DNA of 64,000 nt from NCBI GenBank assembly GCA_963773925.1, contig CAVZDC010000006.1:16512-80511 (forward strand), read 5' to 3'. Shown one piece after another: positions 30,818-41,641 of this stretch (position 1 is its first letter; every line of letters starts with the position of its first letter). The notes beneath the pieces were generated by a model. The model did not search any database, was not told where the DNA came from, and worked only from the letters and a program-made list of their open reading frames with translations. Origin of the DNA: Pirellulales bacterium. GTDB lineage: Bacteria > Planctomycetota > Planctomycetia > Pirellulales > JADZDJ01. Position numbers and translations under genes: made by a program.

Positions 30818-32458
30818 TTATTTCTGCTGAGCTACGGGAAGTTCGTAGCAGGCGGCTTCGCGGTCGTTGCGCACCAGGAGCAAGTTGCCGGCCAGCGCGG
30901 GATTGTTCCACGTTTTGCCTTCGATGGCCTGGAACCGCGTCAGTTCCTTGAATGCCGCGGGATCCAGCGCCACCAGTGCCACCGCGCCCCATTCCTGGGT
31001 GACTAGCAGCATATCGCCCACGCGCAGAACCTGGCCGTGGCCATAGTCTTCGCCTTCCCATTGCGATTTGCCGGATTGCAAGTCGACGCACTGCAACATG
31101 CCATCGTTCAGGCCGTACACATATCCGTCCTTGACCACGACATTGTCGAGCTTGGTTTTCAGGACGCGGTGATTGCGCCACACTTGCTTGGCGTTCCATG
31201 TGCCGTCGGGCTGGTGCTGCACTTGAAACACCGCGGCCCCGCCGGAGTATCCCTTGGAAACGAAGAAGCAGTCGTCGCCGATTGGCACGGTTTGCGAGGC
31301 GCTGGCGGTGGCGTTGCTGCTGCCGTCCCAGCGCGCTTCCCACAGCACCTGGCCGGTATTCGGATCGTGACCGGTGATGTTGTCTTCGTTGACGATGACA
31401 ATCTGCTGCACGCCGTCATACTTGGCCAAACTCGGCGAGCTGTAACTGATTTGTCGGGTGCCGCCGGTCCAAACTTTTTCGCCCGTTTGGCGGTTGTAGG
31501 CGATTAGCGAAACCATCGGCCCGCCGGGGGGTCCGCCGCCAGGCACGACCACAAGATCGTCGACCACCAGCGGCGAGGCGGCGCGTCCCCACGGCACGCC
31601 GCGGTGATCGGTACCGGCATCGGTGCCCACGTCGGCCAGCACGCCGCGCTGCCAGATGAGTTTGCCGGTTTGCGCATCGAGGCAGCGCAACACGCCGGTG
31701 CCGCCCAATGCATAAACGCGGCCATCGTGGATGGTAGGTGTGGAACAGGGCCCGTCGCCGCCGATCATATCGTGATGCCGGGCATGAATGGCGTGGTCCC
31801 AGCACAACTGGCCGTTGTGCAAGTCGTAGCACGTGACGAGTTCGTCTTCGCCGCGCTGTTCCAAGGTGAAGGCCGCATCCCCCTGCACTGCGAACGCCGA
31901 ATAGCCGCCGCCGATGGGCTGCTTCCACACGAGCTTGGGCGGATGGGAGGCCCAATCGCTAAGCAATCCAACGTCGGGGACGAAAGCATCGCGCCGGGCG
32001 CCCAGGAAACCGGGATAGTCGTGCTCCGTCGGAGTCAGATCGAGTTTCTTATGCGTGGCCGCCAGACGTTGTTGGGCCAGCACTTCGTCGGGCTTTGCGC
32101 TCCAGCGCCAGGTGAAATACAAGAGCAGGTTGCCGTCGGCTTGCTGAATTTTGAGCACCGAAGCCAGAATGGCGATCGCCGCGGTGGGAATGGCAATGCC
32201 CCACCAGCGGGTTCGCCGGCTGAACGGCGACAGAAACACTAGCCAGAGGGCTAACAGCAGAAGGCCGCCGACACAAACCAGGTCGGTAAAGCCGTTGGCG
32301 GTTCCCCGATCGATGTCGCCCGTGGCCAGCAGATAGCGAAGCATGGCGATGCCGGCTACCCAGGCGACAAGAATCACTGCGGTGGGCCAGTATCGTCCGC
32401 GGAAGCGCGAAGGTTTCGCCCGGGCTGCGGCATTCAACAAAGAAGAATCCGACGACAT
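30818..32458 (-). CDS. Membrane-anchored PQQ-like beta-propeller repeat protein
   Basis: N-terminal TM helices; YPGFLG..RD, W...IGGGYS, STP, ASP, YSSP, KTWNNPAL repeats. Confidence 0.85.
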   Translation of the reverse strand: MSSDSSLLNAAARAKPSRFRGRYWPTAVILVAWVAGIAMLRYLLATGDIDRGTANGFTDLVCVGGLLLLALWLVFLSPFSRRTRWWGIAIPTAAIAILASVLKIQQADGNLLLYFTWRWSAKPDEVLAQQRLAATHKKLDLTPTEHDYPGFLGARRDAFVPDVGLLSDWASHPPKLVWKQPIGGGYSAFAVQGDAAFTLEQRGEDELVTCYDLHNGQLCWDHAIHARHHDMIGGDGPCSTPTIHDGRVYALGGTGVLRCLDAQTGKLIWQRGVLADVGTDAGTDHRGVPWGRAASPLVVDDLVVVPGGGPPGGPMVSLIAYNRQTGEKVWTGGTRQISYSSPSLAKYDGVQQIVIVNEDNITGHDPNTGQVLWEARWDGSSNATASASQTVPIGDDCFFVSKGYSGGAAVFQVQHQPDGTWNAKQVWRNHRVLKTKLDNVVVKDGYVYGLNDGMLQCVDLQSGKSQWEGEDYGHGQVLRVGDMLLVTQEWGAVALVALDPAAFKELTRFQAIEGKTWNNPALAGNLLLVRNDREAACYELPVAQQK

Positions 32459-32518
32459 AGTAGCGGATTCATTATAGCCCCGGGGGCGGTGGCTGACGAT
32501 GGTTCGATGCGGGCCGAA

Positions 32519-35500
32519 TCATGCCGCTTTCTGGCTCGCGGCGGCCGCGGTTTGCGATACCGGCGGGTGGATTTCGGCACTGGCCACCGATGGGGCTGCA
32601 GTCTGTGGTACAGCAAGCCCCACGCCTACGGAGCGGAACGCGCGGTCGATCGCCACGTTCAACTGATGCCGCGTGGAGAGCAGTGCATCGATGCTGCCGA
32701 CGAACACGCGCAGCTCGAAATCCATCCACTTCTCGCTGAAGCCCATGAACACCGCCTTGGGCGGCGGGTTTTTTAGCACGGTGGATGTTTCCGTCGCCAC
32801 GCGCAGCAGGATTTGTTGGACCTGCTGGGTATCGCAGCCGTAGGCGATGCCCAATCGCACGACCAGCCGCGTGACCGAGTCGGACAATGTCCAATTCACC
32901 AGTTTGGAAGTGATGAATTCTTTGTTAGGCACGATCAGTTCTTTGCGATCGGCGTCCAAAATGGTGGTGGCCCGCATGCGGATGCGCGACACCACGCCGG
33001 TGACGTCGCCGACGGTCACGGTATCGCCGACGCGGATGGGCCGTTCGAACAGCACGATCAAGCCCGAGACAAAGTTGGCAAATATCTCCTGCAGGCCGAA
33101 GCCTAAACCGAACGTGACGGCCGCGGCCAGCCATTGCACTTTGGGCCACCCGATGCCGATGGCGCTGCCGCCTAGTGCCAAACCGACAATGGCGATCGAA
33201 TATCGCACGACGGCGCCGAGCGCATACGCGCACGCCCGTGTCCAGCGGCAATCGTTGCAACACCGCGAACTCCAGCAAGCCCGGCAAATTGGCCACGGCC
33301 ACCCACGTCATCACGCCGACCAGGCAGGCCTCCAGCAAATTGGCCAGCGACACGCTGCTGGTGGCGTCGGACCAGAGCGTGATCTGGTCGAACACGCGCA
33401 GCGCCGGCAACACATCGATCCACACCAGGCACAGTCCGACGGCCAGTCCCATGACCACGACGCTGTGCAGCAGGCGCTGCGTTTGCGAATCGACTTTGTC
33501 GAGATCGACGTCCGGTTGCTCGGCGGCGGGCGAATGCGAGGCGCGCGTGGCGGCCTGAATTGCCAGCCGCCGATACAGCGCCGTCAACCACCGCGAAACC
33601 GACGCCTGCAAAAGCACCAGCAGGAACACCAGCCACACGGTCGATTGCAGTCGGCAAGCCAAACGCAAGGCGGTGTAATAGTAGCCCATCGCCGCCAACA
33701 CACTGATGACGATAGGCAGCAGCACCAATACCAGGAACATCGGATACGCCAGGCGGTGCATCCAGCTTCCGCGGCGCAAAATCATCAGCCGGTGCAACGA
33801 ACCCGTCGGCGGCCGCAAGGCGACAAACAAGAACCCGGCCAACAGCAGTTGGCTGGCGACAAACTGCGTGCGGCCCAGCGAATCGTTCCAGGCGTCGTTG
33901 ATTTGCGTGTCGAGCATGGTTACGACCGCCACCAGCGGCAGACCGAGTGCGATCAGCCAGCGCAGTTGGCGGCGCAAGTCGGCAAGCGCTGCGGCCGGCC
34001 AGCCGAAATGAGCCTCGGCCAATCCGCCCTTTGCGCACATGTTCCGGACCAATAAGAGCGGCAATAGCACCCCTGCCGAACGGCGCAGCGCCGTGCCCAG
34101 CGCCAGGCAGAAGCCATCGACATCTGGTCCGCGCGACGGCAGACACAGCCAGCCCGCCAGCCACAACAGCGCGGGCCAGGGGGCGGCGTTCATCACCGCG
34201 GCCAGGCCCGTCAGCCAGGCCCGGCTGGGGCCGACAGCGTCGGCGCCATTTGCGGCGAGGTGTGTCGCGGGAAGATTACCGGCCAGCACCGCTTTGAATT
34301 GTCGCTGCACCCACACGCACAATGCAAACAGTAGCGCCGCCAACGCCACGACCACTGGTGTGGTGCGCACCTGATCGGCAATGGTTCGGACTGCGGCCAA
34401 CCAATGGCCAGGTTTTGCCAGCCAGCCGGCGGCTTCGGCCGCTTTGCGCGCGTCGCTCCAGGCCAGCGGATGCGTGCTGCGAATCCAGAGCACGCGTTCG
34501 TCGACGTACGATCGGAAAGTTTCGGATTTCGAGAGCAGTTCCTGTTGTTTTGAATCCAGATCGACGAGCCCCTTGAAGTAGGAGTTTTCGTCTTTCAGGT
34601 AACTGTCGAGCAGTTTCTGGCGTGCTTTGAGCAATGAGCGCAGATCGTCGATTTTCGCCTGACTTTCTTCGGGCAGCGTCGCGACGATTTGGCGGGCCCG
34701 CGCATCGACATCGTGCAGATTGGTCAACTGCTCTTCCAGATCGAACAACTGAAGCTGTGCGCGAGAGATTTCATCCTGACGGCGGCGGATGGACAGGCGG
34801 TCGGCGTCGATGGTGGCCAGTTCGGAGCGCTCTTTGCGAAGCATTTGCCCCACGGCGTCGGTCAATCCGGCAACGCTGACTTTGTCTTGCACGTCCTTGA
34901 ATTCATCGATCAGCTTATCCAGGCGTTGCTGGATGGTTTGGGTGTCGTCGGCCAGGTGCTGCATCGCGGCGGCCAGTTGCTGCCGGCCTTCGGCCAGCGC
35001 GCTATTCTCGTCGGCCAGTTGGCGCACGGCCGGTTCGGCGGTGATGGCCGCCCAATGCGCTTCGACCGCCTGATGGTCGGCTTCGTCGTGGCGGCGCCTG
35101 TTGATTGCCTCCTGCCAGGCTGCGACGCGCTGCTGTAATTCGACCACTTTGCGGTCCGCGGCGTCGTGCTGGAGCTTCAGCAACTCGGCTGAGACGGCAT
35201 CGTACGACTGCAGTTCTTTTTCCAGGCAGGCGATTTGCCCCTCTAAGGCGCGGCGGCGCAGCTTCGAGGGCCACCTGGCGGGCCTCGATCAGGGGAGCGG
35301 ATTCTTCGACGGAAGGCGACGTGCCGCCTGCTTGCTGCATGCTCTCCAGTTTCAACCGTGCGGCGGCGATGGCCTTGGGAATCTCCACGCGTCGGACGGC
35401 GCGCCGCTGGGGTTCGTCGTTTTCGGCTTTCAGGTCTTTTTGCGCGGCGTCGAGTTCCTGCTGGGCAGGGGCCAGGATCTGCTCCCAATCGGCCAGCGAT

Positions 35501-35976
35501 GATTGCTGCGGCAGGGGCGCCGGCGCGGCGGGCTTTACGGCGGCTTCCCGTTTGCGCGATTCCAGTTGATACGGGGCGGCGATGCGGGCCTTGTCGAACT
35601 CTTCGCCGCGCGCTTTTTGCTCGTCGGCTTGCTTCAGATCGGTAAGCGCCTGTTGATACAGCTCGACCAGCTTGGCTCGATCGGGGACGTCGGCATCTTT
35701 GGCATTTTCTAACTGCTTTAGGCGCGCGGAAATCGAGTCGCTGGAGATTCCGGCGGGACCAATCACGGTTGCCGCGACCGATTTTGCGGCAACCGATTTG
35801 GCCGGCGTCTGCGGGGGTGCATCAGCCGCGTTCGGATTGCTCCGTGACGGACGGCCGGCAAAGCACGAGCCGGCGCATGCCAACCATATTGAGGCGGCCA
35901 AAATCGCCACCAGCGGCGCGGTCCCGCGGTCGGTGCTGCGTGGCGGCGCTGCCTGCGATGTGCACTCGAGATTCAT
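32519..35976 (-). CDS. mscK: MscK-like mechanosensitive channel (large periplasmic coiled-coil + MscS core), frameshifts near 33225 and 35255
   Basis: Signal-like N-terminus, long coiled coil, ERVLWIRS, GLGFGLQEIFANFVSGLIVLFERPIRVGD, RIRMRAT, IVPNKEFIT. Confidence 0.85.
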
Positions 35977-36165
35977 GATCGGGGTGGGATCGAGGGGCGG
36001 GGACATGTTGGCGCGGCCGGGGAAGCCTCGGGACCGACTGGGGCGGCGTAGATTAGCGGCTGGTGCATCGAGAGTCGATGCCGATCGACCACCGATCAGA
36101 GAACAAGATGCTCTATGCACTTAGGTCAACGGAATTGACAGCGGAACATTGTCGGCGATGTCATC

Positions 36166-36194
36166 TTGACTGCCCAGCTAGCTTATTTTAACGT
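36166..36194 (+). promoter_or_regulatory. Putative sigma70 promoter of hppA
   Basis: TTGACT-N17-TAACGT about 55 nt before the ATG. Confidence 0.45.
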
Positions 36195-36248
36195 GGCGGC
36201 TCACAAACCGATTTCAACCGCTGCCTAACACTGGTAGGACCTTACGCG

Positions 36249-38846
36249 ATGAAGCGAAAACCGTTGCCGATATGGGTACTTGGGCTGTTGCTGTTTGGCT
36301 TGTTGTGCACTTCCACCTGGCTGATGCTTTCGCATCACGCTCAAGCCCAGCCGTCGGGCACGCCGGCGATGCAGCCATCGGAAGAAGTTCCCGGCGCCGG
36401 TGAAAATATCGCCCCGTTCAAATTGTGGGAACCTCTGACCAGCGATCGATATGCGCTCTACGAGAAGGTCCTGCTGTGCACGAACGTGCTAGTGGCATTG
36501 GCCGGGTTAGGTTACGCCTTGATGCTGGTGGGCCAGGTGAAGAACGCCGACCAGGGCACGCCGCGGATGCAAGAAATTGCGCGGGCCGTGCGCGAAGGGG
36601 CTAATGCCTACTTGTACCGCCAGTTTCGCGTGGTAGGCGTGCTAATTGTGATCATTACCGTTGCTCTGTTCTTCGCGGCGAAAGCCTCCGGCGTGCTGCC
36701 GGAAATTGCCTGGGGCCGGGCGATCGCGTTTCTAGTGGGTTCAACATTTTCCGCCACGGTCGGTTTCGTCGGAATGCGGTTGGCCACGGTCGGCAATTTG
36801 CGCGTGGCGGCGGCGGCGCAGCACAGCTTCGGCCAGGCACTGCAACTGGGCTACCGCACAGGAACCATCACTGGCATGTTGACCGACGGCTTGGGCTTGC
36901 TGGGCGGTTCGATCATCTTCCTGATCTACGGCGAGCACGCTTACGAAGCCCTGTTGGGTTTCGGATTCGGCGGCACGCTGTTGGCGTTGTTCATGCGTGT
37001 CGGCGGCGGCATTTACACCAAGGCGGCCGACGTAGGGGCTGACCTGGTCGGCAAACTCGAAGCCGGCATTCCCGAAGACGATCCGCGCAACGCCGCGACG
37101 ATTGCCGACAACGTGGGCGATAACGTCGGCGACTGTGCCGGTATGGCGGCCGACATTTTCGAAAGCTACGAAGTGACGATCGTGGCGGCCATGATTTTGG
37201 GCATCGCCAGCTTCGGCCACAAGGGCGTGATCTTTCCGTTGTTGGTGCGAGCGATCGGCGTGATCGCCAGCATCATCAGCACCTACAGCGTGAAGGCGGG
37301 CGACAAGGGGACGGCGGGCGAAGCCATGAAGAGCGTCAATCGCGGCTTCATCATCGGCTCGCTGATCAGCATCGCCGGCTTCATCGTGCTGGGATACTTC
37401 TACCTCAATTTCACGCCCGCCTACTTGCAGGAATATCCGCAAGCCGTATCGGGCTTCCCTGGCGCCACTCCGGAAAACGTAACTGCCGGCTTGCCCACTT
37501 GGCAAACGTTTGGTGTGGCGGGACTGGATATGCGCCCGGCGTGGACTTGCTTGATCGGTATTGTGCTGGCCGTCTGCCTGAATAAATGCACTGAATACTA
37601 CACCGGCACTGAATATTCTCCGGTGAGAAGTCTCGCGAAGAGTTGTCAAACCGGGCATGCCACAAACATCATTCAGGGCTTTGCGGTGGGATACGAAAGC
37701 ACCGTGGCGGCCGTGTTGATCATTGCCGCTGCGATTATGGCCAGCGTGCTGGTGTACGCCGGCACCACGCCGACGTTTATTGCGTTCGGCGTGGCGATGG
37801 CCGGCATCGGCATGCTGACGCTGACGGGCAACACGATTTCGATGGACGTGTTCGGGCCCGTGGCCGATAACGCCAACGGCATCGGCGAGATGGGCTACGA
37901 CAAGCAGGCGATGGGCGAGCAGGCGTACAATACTTCGCGGCAAATCCTGGCCGACCTGGATGCCGTGGGCAACACCACCAAGGCCATCACCAAGGGCATT
38001 GCCATCGGCTCGGCAGTGATCGCGGCCGTGTCGCTGTTCTCTAGTTTCATCGTCACGGTTGGCTCCGGCGGCAAGGGAGAGAACGTAGCCATTACGCCGG
38101 AGGCCTACACCGGCGTGGCAAACATGCTCACCGTTTCCAACCCCACGCTGTTCATCGGGTTGTTGATCGGCGGCGCCGTGCCGTTCTTGTTCAGCTCGAT
38201 GACCATTCGGGCTGTGGGACGGGCGGCGTTCTTGATTGTCAAAGAATGCCGCATTCAGTTCCGCGACAAAGAAATCTGGGAAGGTCGCAAGAAACCCAAT
38301 TACGGCCGCGTGGTGGATATTTGCACGACCGAGGCACAAAAGGAATTGGTCGGACCCGCTGCGTTGGCGTTGTTTGTGCCGATCATTGTCGGTTTCTCGC
38401 TAGGTACAGTTGGGTTGGCCGGCTTCCTGGCGGGCATTATCGTTACCGGTCAATTGTTAGCCGTGTTCATGGCCAACGCGGGCGGCGCGTGGGATAACGC
38501 TAAAAAGACCATCGAAGACGAACCCCGCACCGAGACCACCGGTAAAGGAAGCGAGAAGCATAAGGCTGCCATCACCGGCGACACCGTGGGCGATCCGCTG
38601 AAAGATACCGCTGGCCCGGCGATCAATCCGCTCATCAAAGTGATGAACATGGTGAGCCTGCTGATCATCGGGCTGATTCTGCCTTACGACAAAACTGCGA
38701 TTAAGAAGCTTGCCGAATTCGGCGTCACCGTAACGCAGAAGACCGCCGATACGTTCTTCTGGGTGACTCTCGGCGTTTCCGTGTTGGCGCTGATATGGGC
38801 CGTGTGGCAATCGAAGCGCGACACGCCGGAGATGGCCGGCAGCTAA
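36249..38846 (+). CDS. hppA: Membrane-bound ion-translocating pyrophosphatase, K+-independent signature
   Basis: GGGIYTKAADVGADLVGKLE, EDDPRN, DNVGDNVGD, GNTTKA, GDTVGDPLKD. Confidence 0.95.
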   Translation: MKRKPLPIWVLGLLLFGLLCTSTWLMLSHHAQAQPSGTPAMQPSEEVPGAGENIAPFKLWEPLTSDRYALYEKVLLCTNVLVALAGLGYALMLVGQVKNADQGTPRMQEIARAVREGANAYLYRQFRVVGVLIVIITVALFFAAKASGVLPEIAWGRAIAFLVGSTFSATVGFVGMRLATVGNLRVAAAAQHSFGQALQLGYRTGTITGMLTDGLGLLGGSIIFLIYGEHAYEALLGFGFGGTLLALFMRVGGGIYTKAADVGADLVGKLEAGIPEDDPRNAATIADNVGDNVGDCAGMAADIFESYEVTIVAAMILGIASFGHKGVIFPLLVRAIGVIASIISTYSVKAGDKGTAGEAMKSVNRGFIIGSLISIAGFIVLGYFYLNFTPAYLQEYPQAVSGFPGATPENVTAGLPTWQTFGVAGLDMRPAWTCLIGIVLAVCLNKCTEYYTGTEYSPVRSLAKSCQTGHATNIIQGFAVGYESTVAAVLIIAAAIMASVLVYAGTTPTFIAFGVAMAGIGMLTLTGNTISMDVFGPVADNANGIGEMGYDKQAMGEQAYNTSRQILADLDAVGNTTKAITKGIAIGSAVIAAVSLFSSFIVTVGSGGKGENVAITPEAYTGVANMLTVSNPTLFIGLLIGGAVPFLFSSMTIRAVGRAAFLIVKECRIQFRDKEIWEGRKKPNYGRVVDICTTEAQKELVGPAALALFVPIIVGFSLGTVGLAGFLAGIIVTGQLLAVFMANAGGAWDNAKKTIEDEPRTETTGKGSEKHKAAITGDTVGDPLKDTAGPAINPLIKVMNMVSLLIIGLILPYDKTAIKKLAEFGVTVTQKTADTFFWVTLGVSVLALIWAVWQSKRDTPEMAGS

Positions 38847-38874
38847 GCGGCGAAGAATTCATTTGAAAGCGATT

Positions 38875-38906
38875 AACCGCCGGTCAAGTTGGCCGGCGGT
38901 TTTTTT
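38875..38906 (+). terminator. Rho-independent terminator after hppA
   Basis: AACCGCCGGTCA-AGT-TGGCCGGCGGTT followed by TTTTT. Confidence 0.8.
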
Positions 38907-39006
38907 GCGCCGCTCGCGATTTAGCGGCCCCGATTTCTCTATGCTCGATGACATGCAGGCGGTATGATCTCCCTTCCCGTAATCGGTCCCCATTTTGATA
39001 TCTCGC

Positions 39007-39780
39007 ATGAAATGGCTCAGGCGATTGGTCGCGCGAACGGCGGTTGATCTGTGCGTGCGGCGCGGAATCGTGCCCCGGAGCGAAATCGGCCTGGCGATCT
39101 TCCGCTGGGCGCAGAAGCGAAATGATCTTCGATTTGCGGCGGGCCATCCGCTCAAGAGCATCGTCGATCGTCCGCCCTTGAATACGTCGTATGCGCTGAA
39201 CAAGCGCGCTTTGGCCTGGTTGTGGCACTATCTGCAGACGGTCCGGCCCAATTGCATTTTGGAGATGGGCAGCGGCCGCAGCACGGGAATGTTTGCCCTG
39301 TATGTCCGCCAGATGCAAGAACAGGGACGCAAATCGCCCATCGTGATTTCCCTGGAGCACGATGAATCCTGGCACCGAGCGGCCTCGCAGTATCTGCAAG
39401 AACTCAACGGAGATCGGTTCGTGCGACTTGTCTTGGCGCCGATCGTGGGCCGCACTCGCTCGGAACTGCGCTACGGGATCGAGCTCCCGCAACTAAGCGC
39501 TCTGCTCGAAGGACGCCGGATCGATCTGCTATTGATCGACGGGCCGCCGGGGGATGTAGTGGGACGGCAAAATACGCTGCCATTCATGCTGCCTTTGCTG
39601 GCCGATGGAGCAGACGTGTTTCTCGACGATGCGTACCGCGAGGCGGAACAGAATTTGTGCCGAGAGTGGCACTCTCGGTATCAAGATCGTCTACAGCTAC
39701 AGGGCACGCTGCCATTGGGCCCCGGCTTGGGATGGATCAAGATGAAGACTCAGCGAGCGAGGCAAGCCGCGGCTGCCTGA
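39007..39780 (+). CDS. Class I SAM-dependent methyltransferase (Methyltransf_24-like, probably acting on glycan)
   Basis: ILEMGSGRST, SLEHD, DLLLIDGPPG, FLDDAYR. Confidence 0.85.
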   Translation: MKWLRRLVARTAVDLCVRRGIVPRSEIGLAIFRWAQKRNDLRFAAGHPLKSIVDRPPLNTSYALNKRALAWLWHYLQTVRPNCILEMGSGRSTGMFALYVRQMQEQGRKSPIVISLEHDESWHRAASQYLQELNGDRFVRLVLAPIVGRTRSELRYGIELPQLSALLEGRRIDLLLIDGPPGDVVGRQNTLPFMLPLLADGADVFLDDAYREAEQNLCREWHSRYQDRLQLQGTLPLGPGLGWIKMKTQRARQAAAA

Positions 39781-39827
39781 CAATCCGGGCCCGAGCACCC
39801 CTAGCGTCGCCGTCCGCTGGGATTAAT

Positions 39828-40640
39828 CTAAGCATTTTGCAAGACCGGCGCATCCAAGCTTCGATTCGGCAGCGGCAGATTTTGCGGGCCGTCGTGCATA
39901 AATACTCGCCCTTGGAAACCTACGATCCGATCGACTCCGATTTTCCGGGCCGCCAATTGATGGTAGCTGCGAAACCGATACGGCGCGTAGTGCGGAGGAC
40001 GCGAATTCCAGTGCCGAATCAAGACATCCGAGCAATAGCCAACGCGCAATCCATGGCGTTTGGCGCGAACGAAGAATTCCGTGTGTTCGTTTTGCCGCAG
40101 TTGGGCATCCCATCCGCCCATCGCGCGAATTGCTTCGGTGCGAGCCACGTAAAAATTATGCGCAATGTCGCACATTAAGGCGCCATTTCGCTCGCCGTGA
40201 CTGCCCGGCACCAGGTGCAAGTCGCCGTCGCGAAAATCAAACAATCCGTGAAATGGCCGTCGTTTCCACCGCCAGAAGAACTTGGCCTTGCGCTTCAGCA
40301 ACGGGCACTCGCCGGCCGCCAGATCGAGTTCGTTTAGTTCAACCAGTCGAATCAGCTTTTCGATCTTCGTGCGGCGGTAGAATTCGTAATCATCGTCCAA
40401 CAGCATGAGATAGGGGGTGCGAACTCGCTGCAACAGTGCATTGCGGCCGGCACTGACGCCAATATCGACCGGCAGTCGCACGTATTCCACATCGCTCTGA
40501 TTGGCTGGTTGAAAACCGTCGTCCCCCACCAGGATATTCAACTCCGGATAAAGCCGGCGAATGCTGCGAACCAATCGCCGCAGATCGCTGGGGCGCTGAA
40601 ACGTTTTGACGATCGCCGTGGTATTCGAGACGAGATTCAA
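39828..40640 (-). CDS. GT-A glycosyltransferase resembling the B4GALNT1/GT12 catalytic domain, paralog 1
   Basis: KTFQR..LRRLVRSIRRLYP...VGDD, SAGRN.L...VRTPY..LLDDDYEF...TKIEKL, NFYVART, EHTEFF, LRVGYCSDV. Confidence 0.85.
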   Translation of the reverse strand: MNLVSNTTAIVKTFQRPSDLRRLVRSIRRLYPELNILVGDDGFQPANQSDVEYVRLPVDIGVSAGRNALLQRVRTPYLMLLDDDYEFYRRTKIEKLIRLVELNELDLAAGECPLLKRKAKFFWRWKRRPFHGLFDFRDGDLHLVPGSHGERNGALMCDIAHNFYVARTEAIRAMGGWDAQLRQNEHTEFFVRAKRHGLRVGYCSDVLIRHWNSRPPHYAPYRFRSYHQLAARKIGVDRIVGFQGRVFMHDGPQNLPLPNRSLDAPVLQNA

Positions 40641-40674
40641 GCGATTGTGCCGCCGTTTGGTTCGATTTGTCGGC

Positions 40675-41436
40675 TCAGGCGTACGCCAGTCGTTGGAGTA
40701 AACGTAACTTTGGAAAACCGACGACGCGCTGTACGCCGATTTTTCTCGCGGCCAATTGATGGTAGCGGCGAAAGCGGAAGTCGCCGTAACCGGCCGGACG
40801 CGAGTTCCAATGTCGGACGATGACGCCTGCGCAATATCCTACGCGCAGCGCATGACGGCGGGCACGCACAAAGAATTCTTCGTGCTCATCCATCACTAAT
40901 TCTGCATCCCAACCGCCCATGGCTTGGATCGCGGCGGTGCGGGCCGCATAAAAATTGTAGGTGATGTCGCACAGTAGATAGCCGTGGCCGCGTCCGTGAT
41001 GGCCGTGGATCAGGCGCAACTCGTCGCCGCGAAATTGAAACAACCCATGAAAGGGGCGTTGCCGTTTCCGGAAAAAGAACCATCGCTGCTGAACTTTGGA
41101 GCAATTACCGGCAGCAATCTCCAGTTCGCCGCGATCGACCTGGTGGACAAGTTTTTCGATCTTCGTGTGGCGGCAGAATTCGAAATCATCTTCCAGCAGC
41201 ACGAAGTACGGCGTGCGAACGTGCTCGAGCATCGCATTGCGCCCGGCGCTGACGCCGATGTCCGGCGGCAGGCGGAGATATTCCACGTCGTCGCGCGGCG
41301 AAGGCTTCAGTCCATCGTCTCCGACCAGCACCCGCAGCGCGGGATAATAGTAGCGAATGCTGCGAATCAGCCGATCCAAATCATCGGGGCGTTGAAACGC
41401 TTTGATCATCGCAGTGGTTTGTGGGAGGAGATCCAT
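40675..41436 (-). CDS. GT-A glycosyltransferase resembling the B4GALNT1/GT12 catalytic domain, paralog 2
   Basis: Colinear with paralog 1; LLEDDFEF, NFYAART, EHEEFF, LRVGYC. Confidence 0.85.
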   Translation of the reverse strand: MDLLPQTTAMIKAFQRPDDLDRLIRSIRYYYPALRVLVGDDGLKPSPRDDVEYLRLPPDIGVSAGRNAMLEHVRTPYFVLLEDDFEFCRHTKIEKLVHQVDRGELEIAAGNCSKVQQRWFFFRKRQRPFHGLFQFRGDELRLIHGHHGRGHGYLLCDITYNFYAARTAAIQAMGGWDAELVMDEHEEFFVRARRHALRVGYCAGVIVRHWNSRPAGYGDFRFRRYHQLAARKIGVQRVVGFPKLRLLQRLAYA

Positions 41437-41641
41437 AGCGATATCCTTCGGCCGAGAATCGACAGGCGGGCGGGCACAGGTGCGGACAGGCGGGACGGTA
41501 GAGATGGCCCTACTGTCAACACTCGGTTAAGCGCCAGCAGCTACTTAATCGCTGCTTCGCAAACCAGCGGTGCCGTTTCCGCAATGAGAAAACATTTGAG
41601 AAGCTTTGCCGCTGTGGCAGCAATGCTAGCTGGGATGCGAA

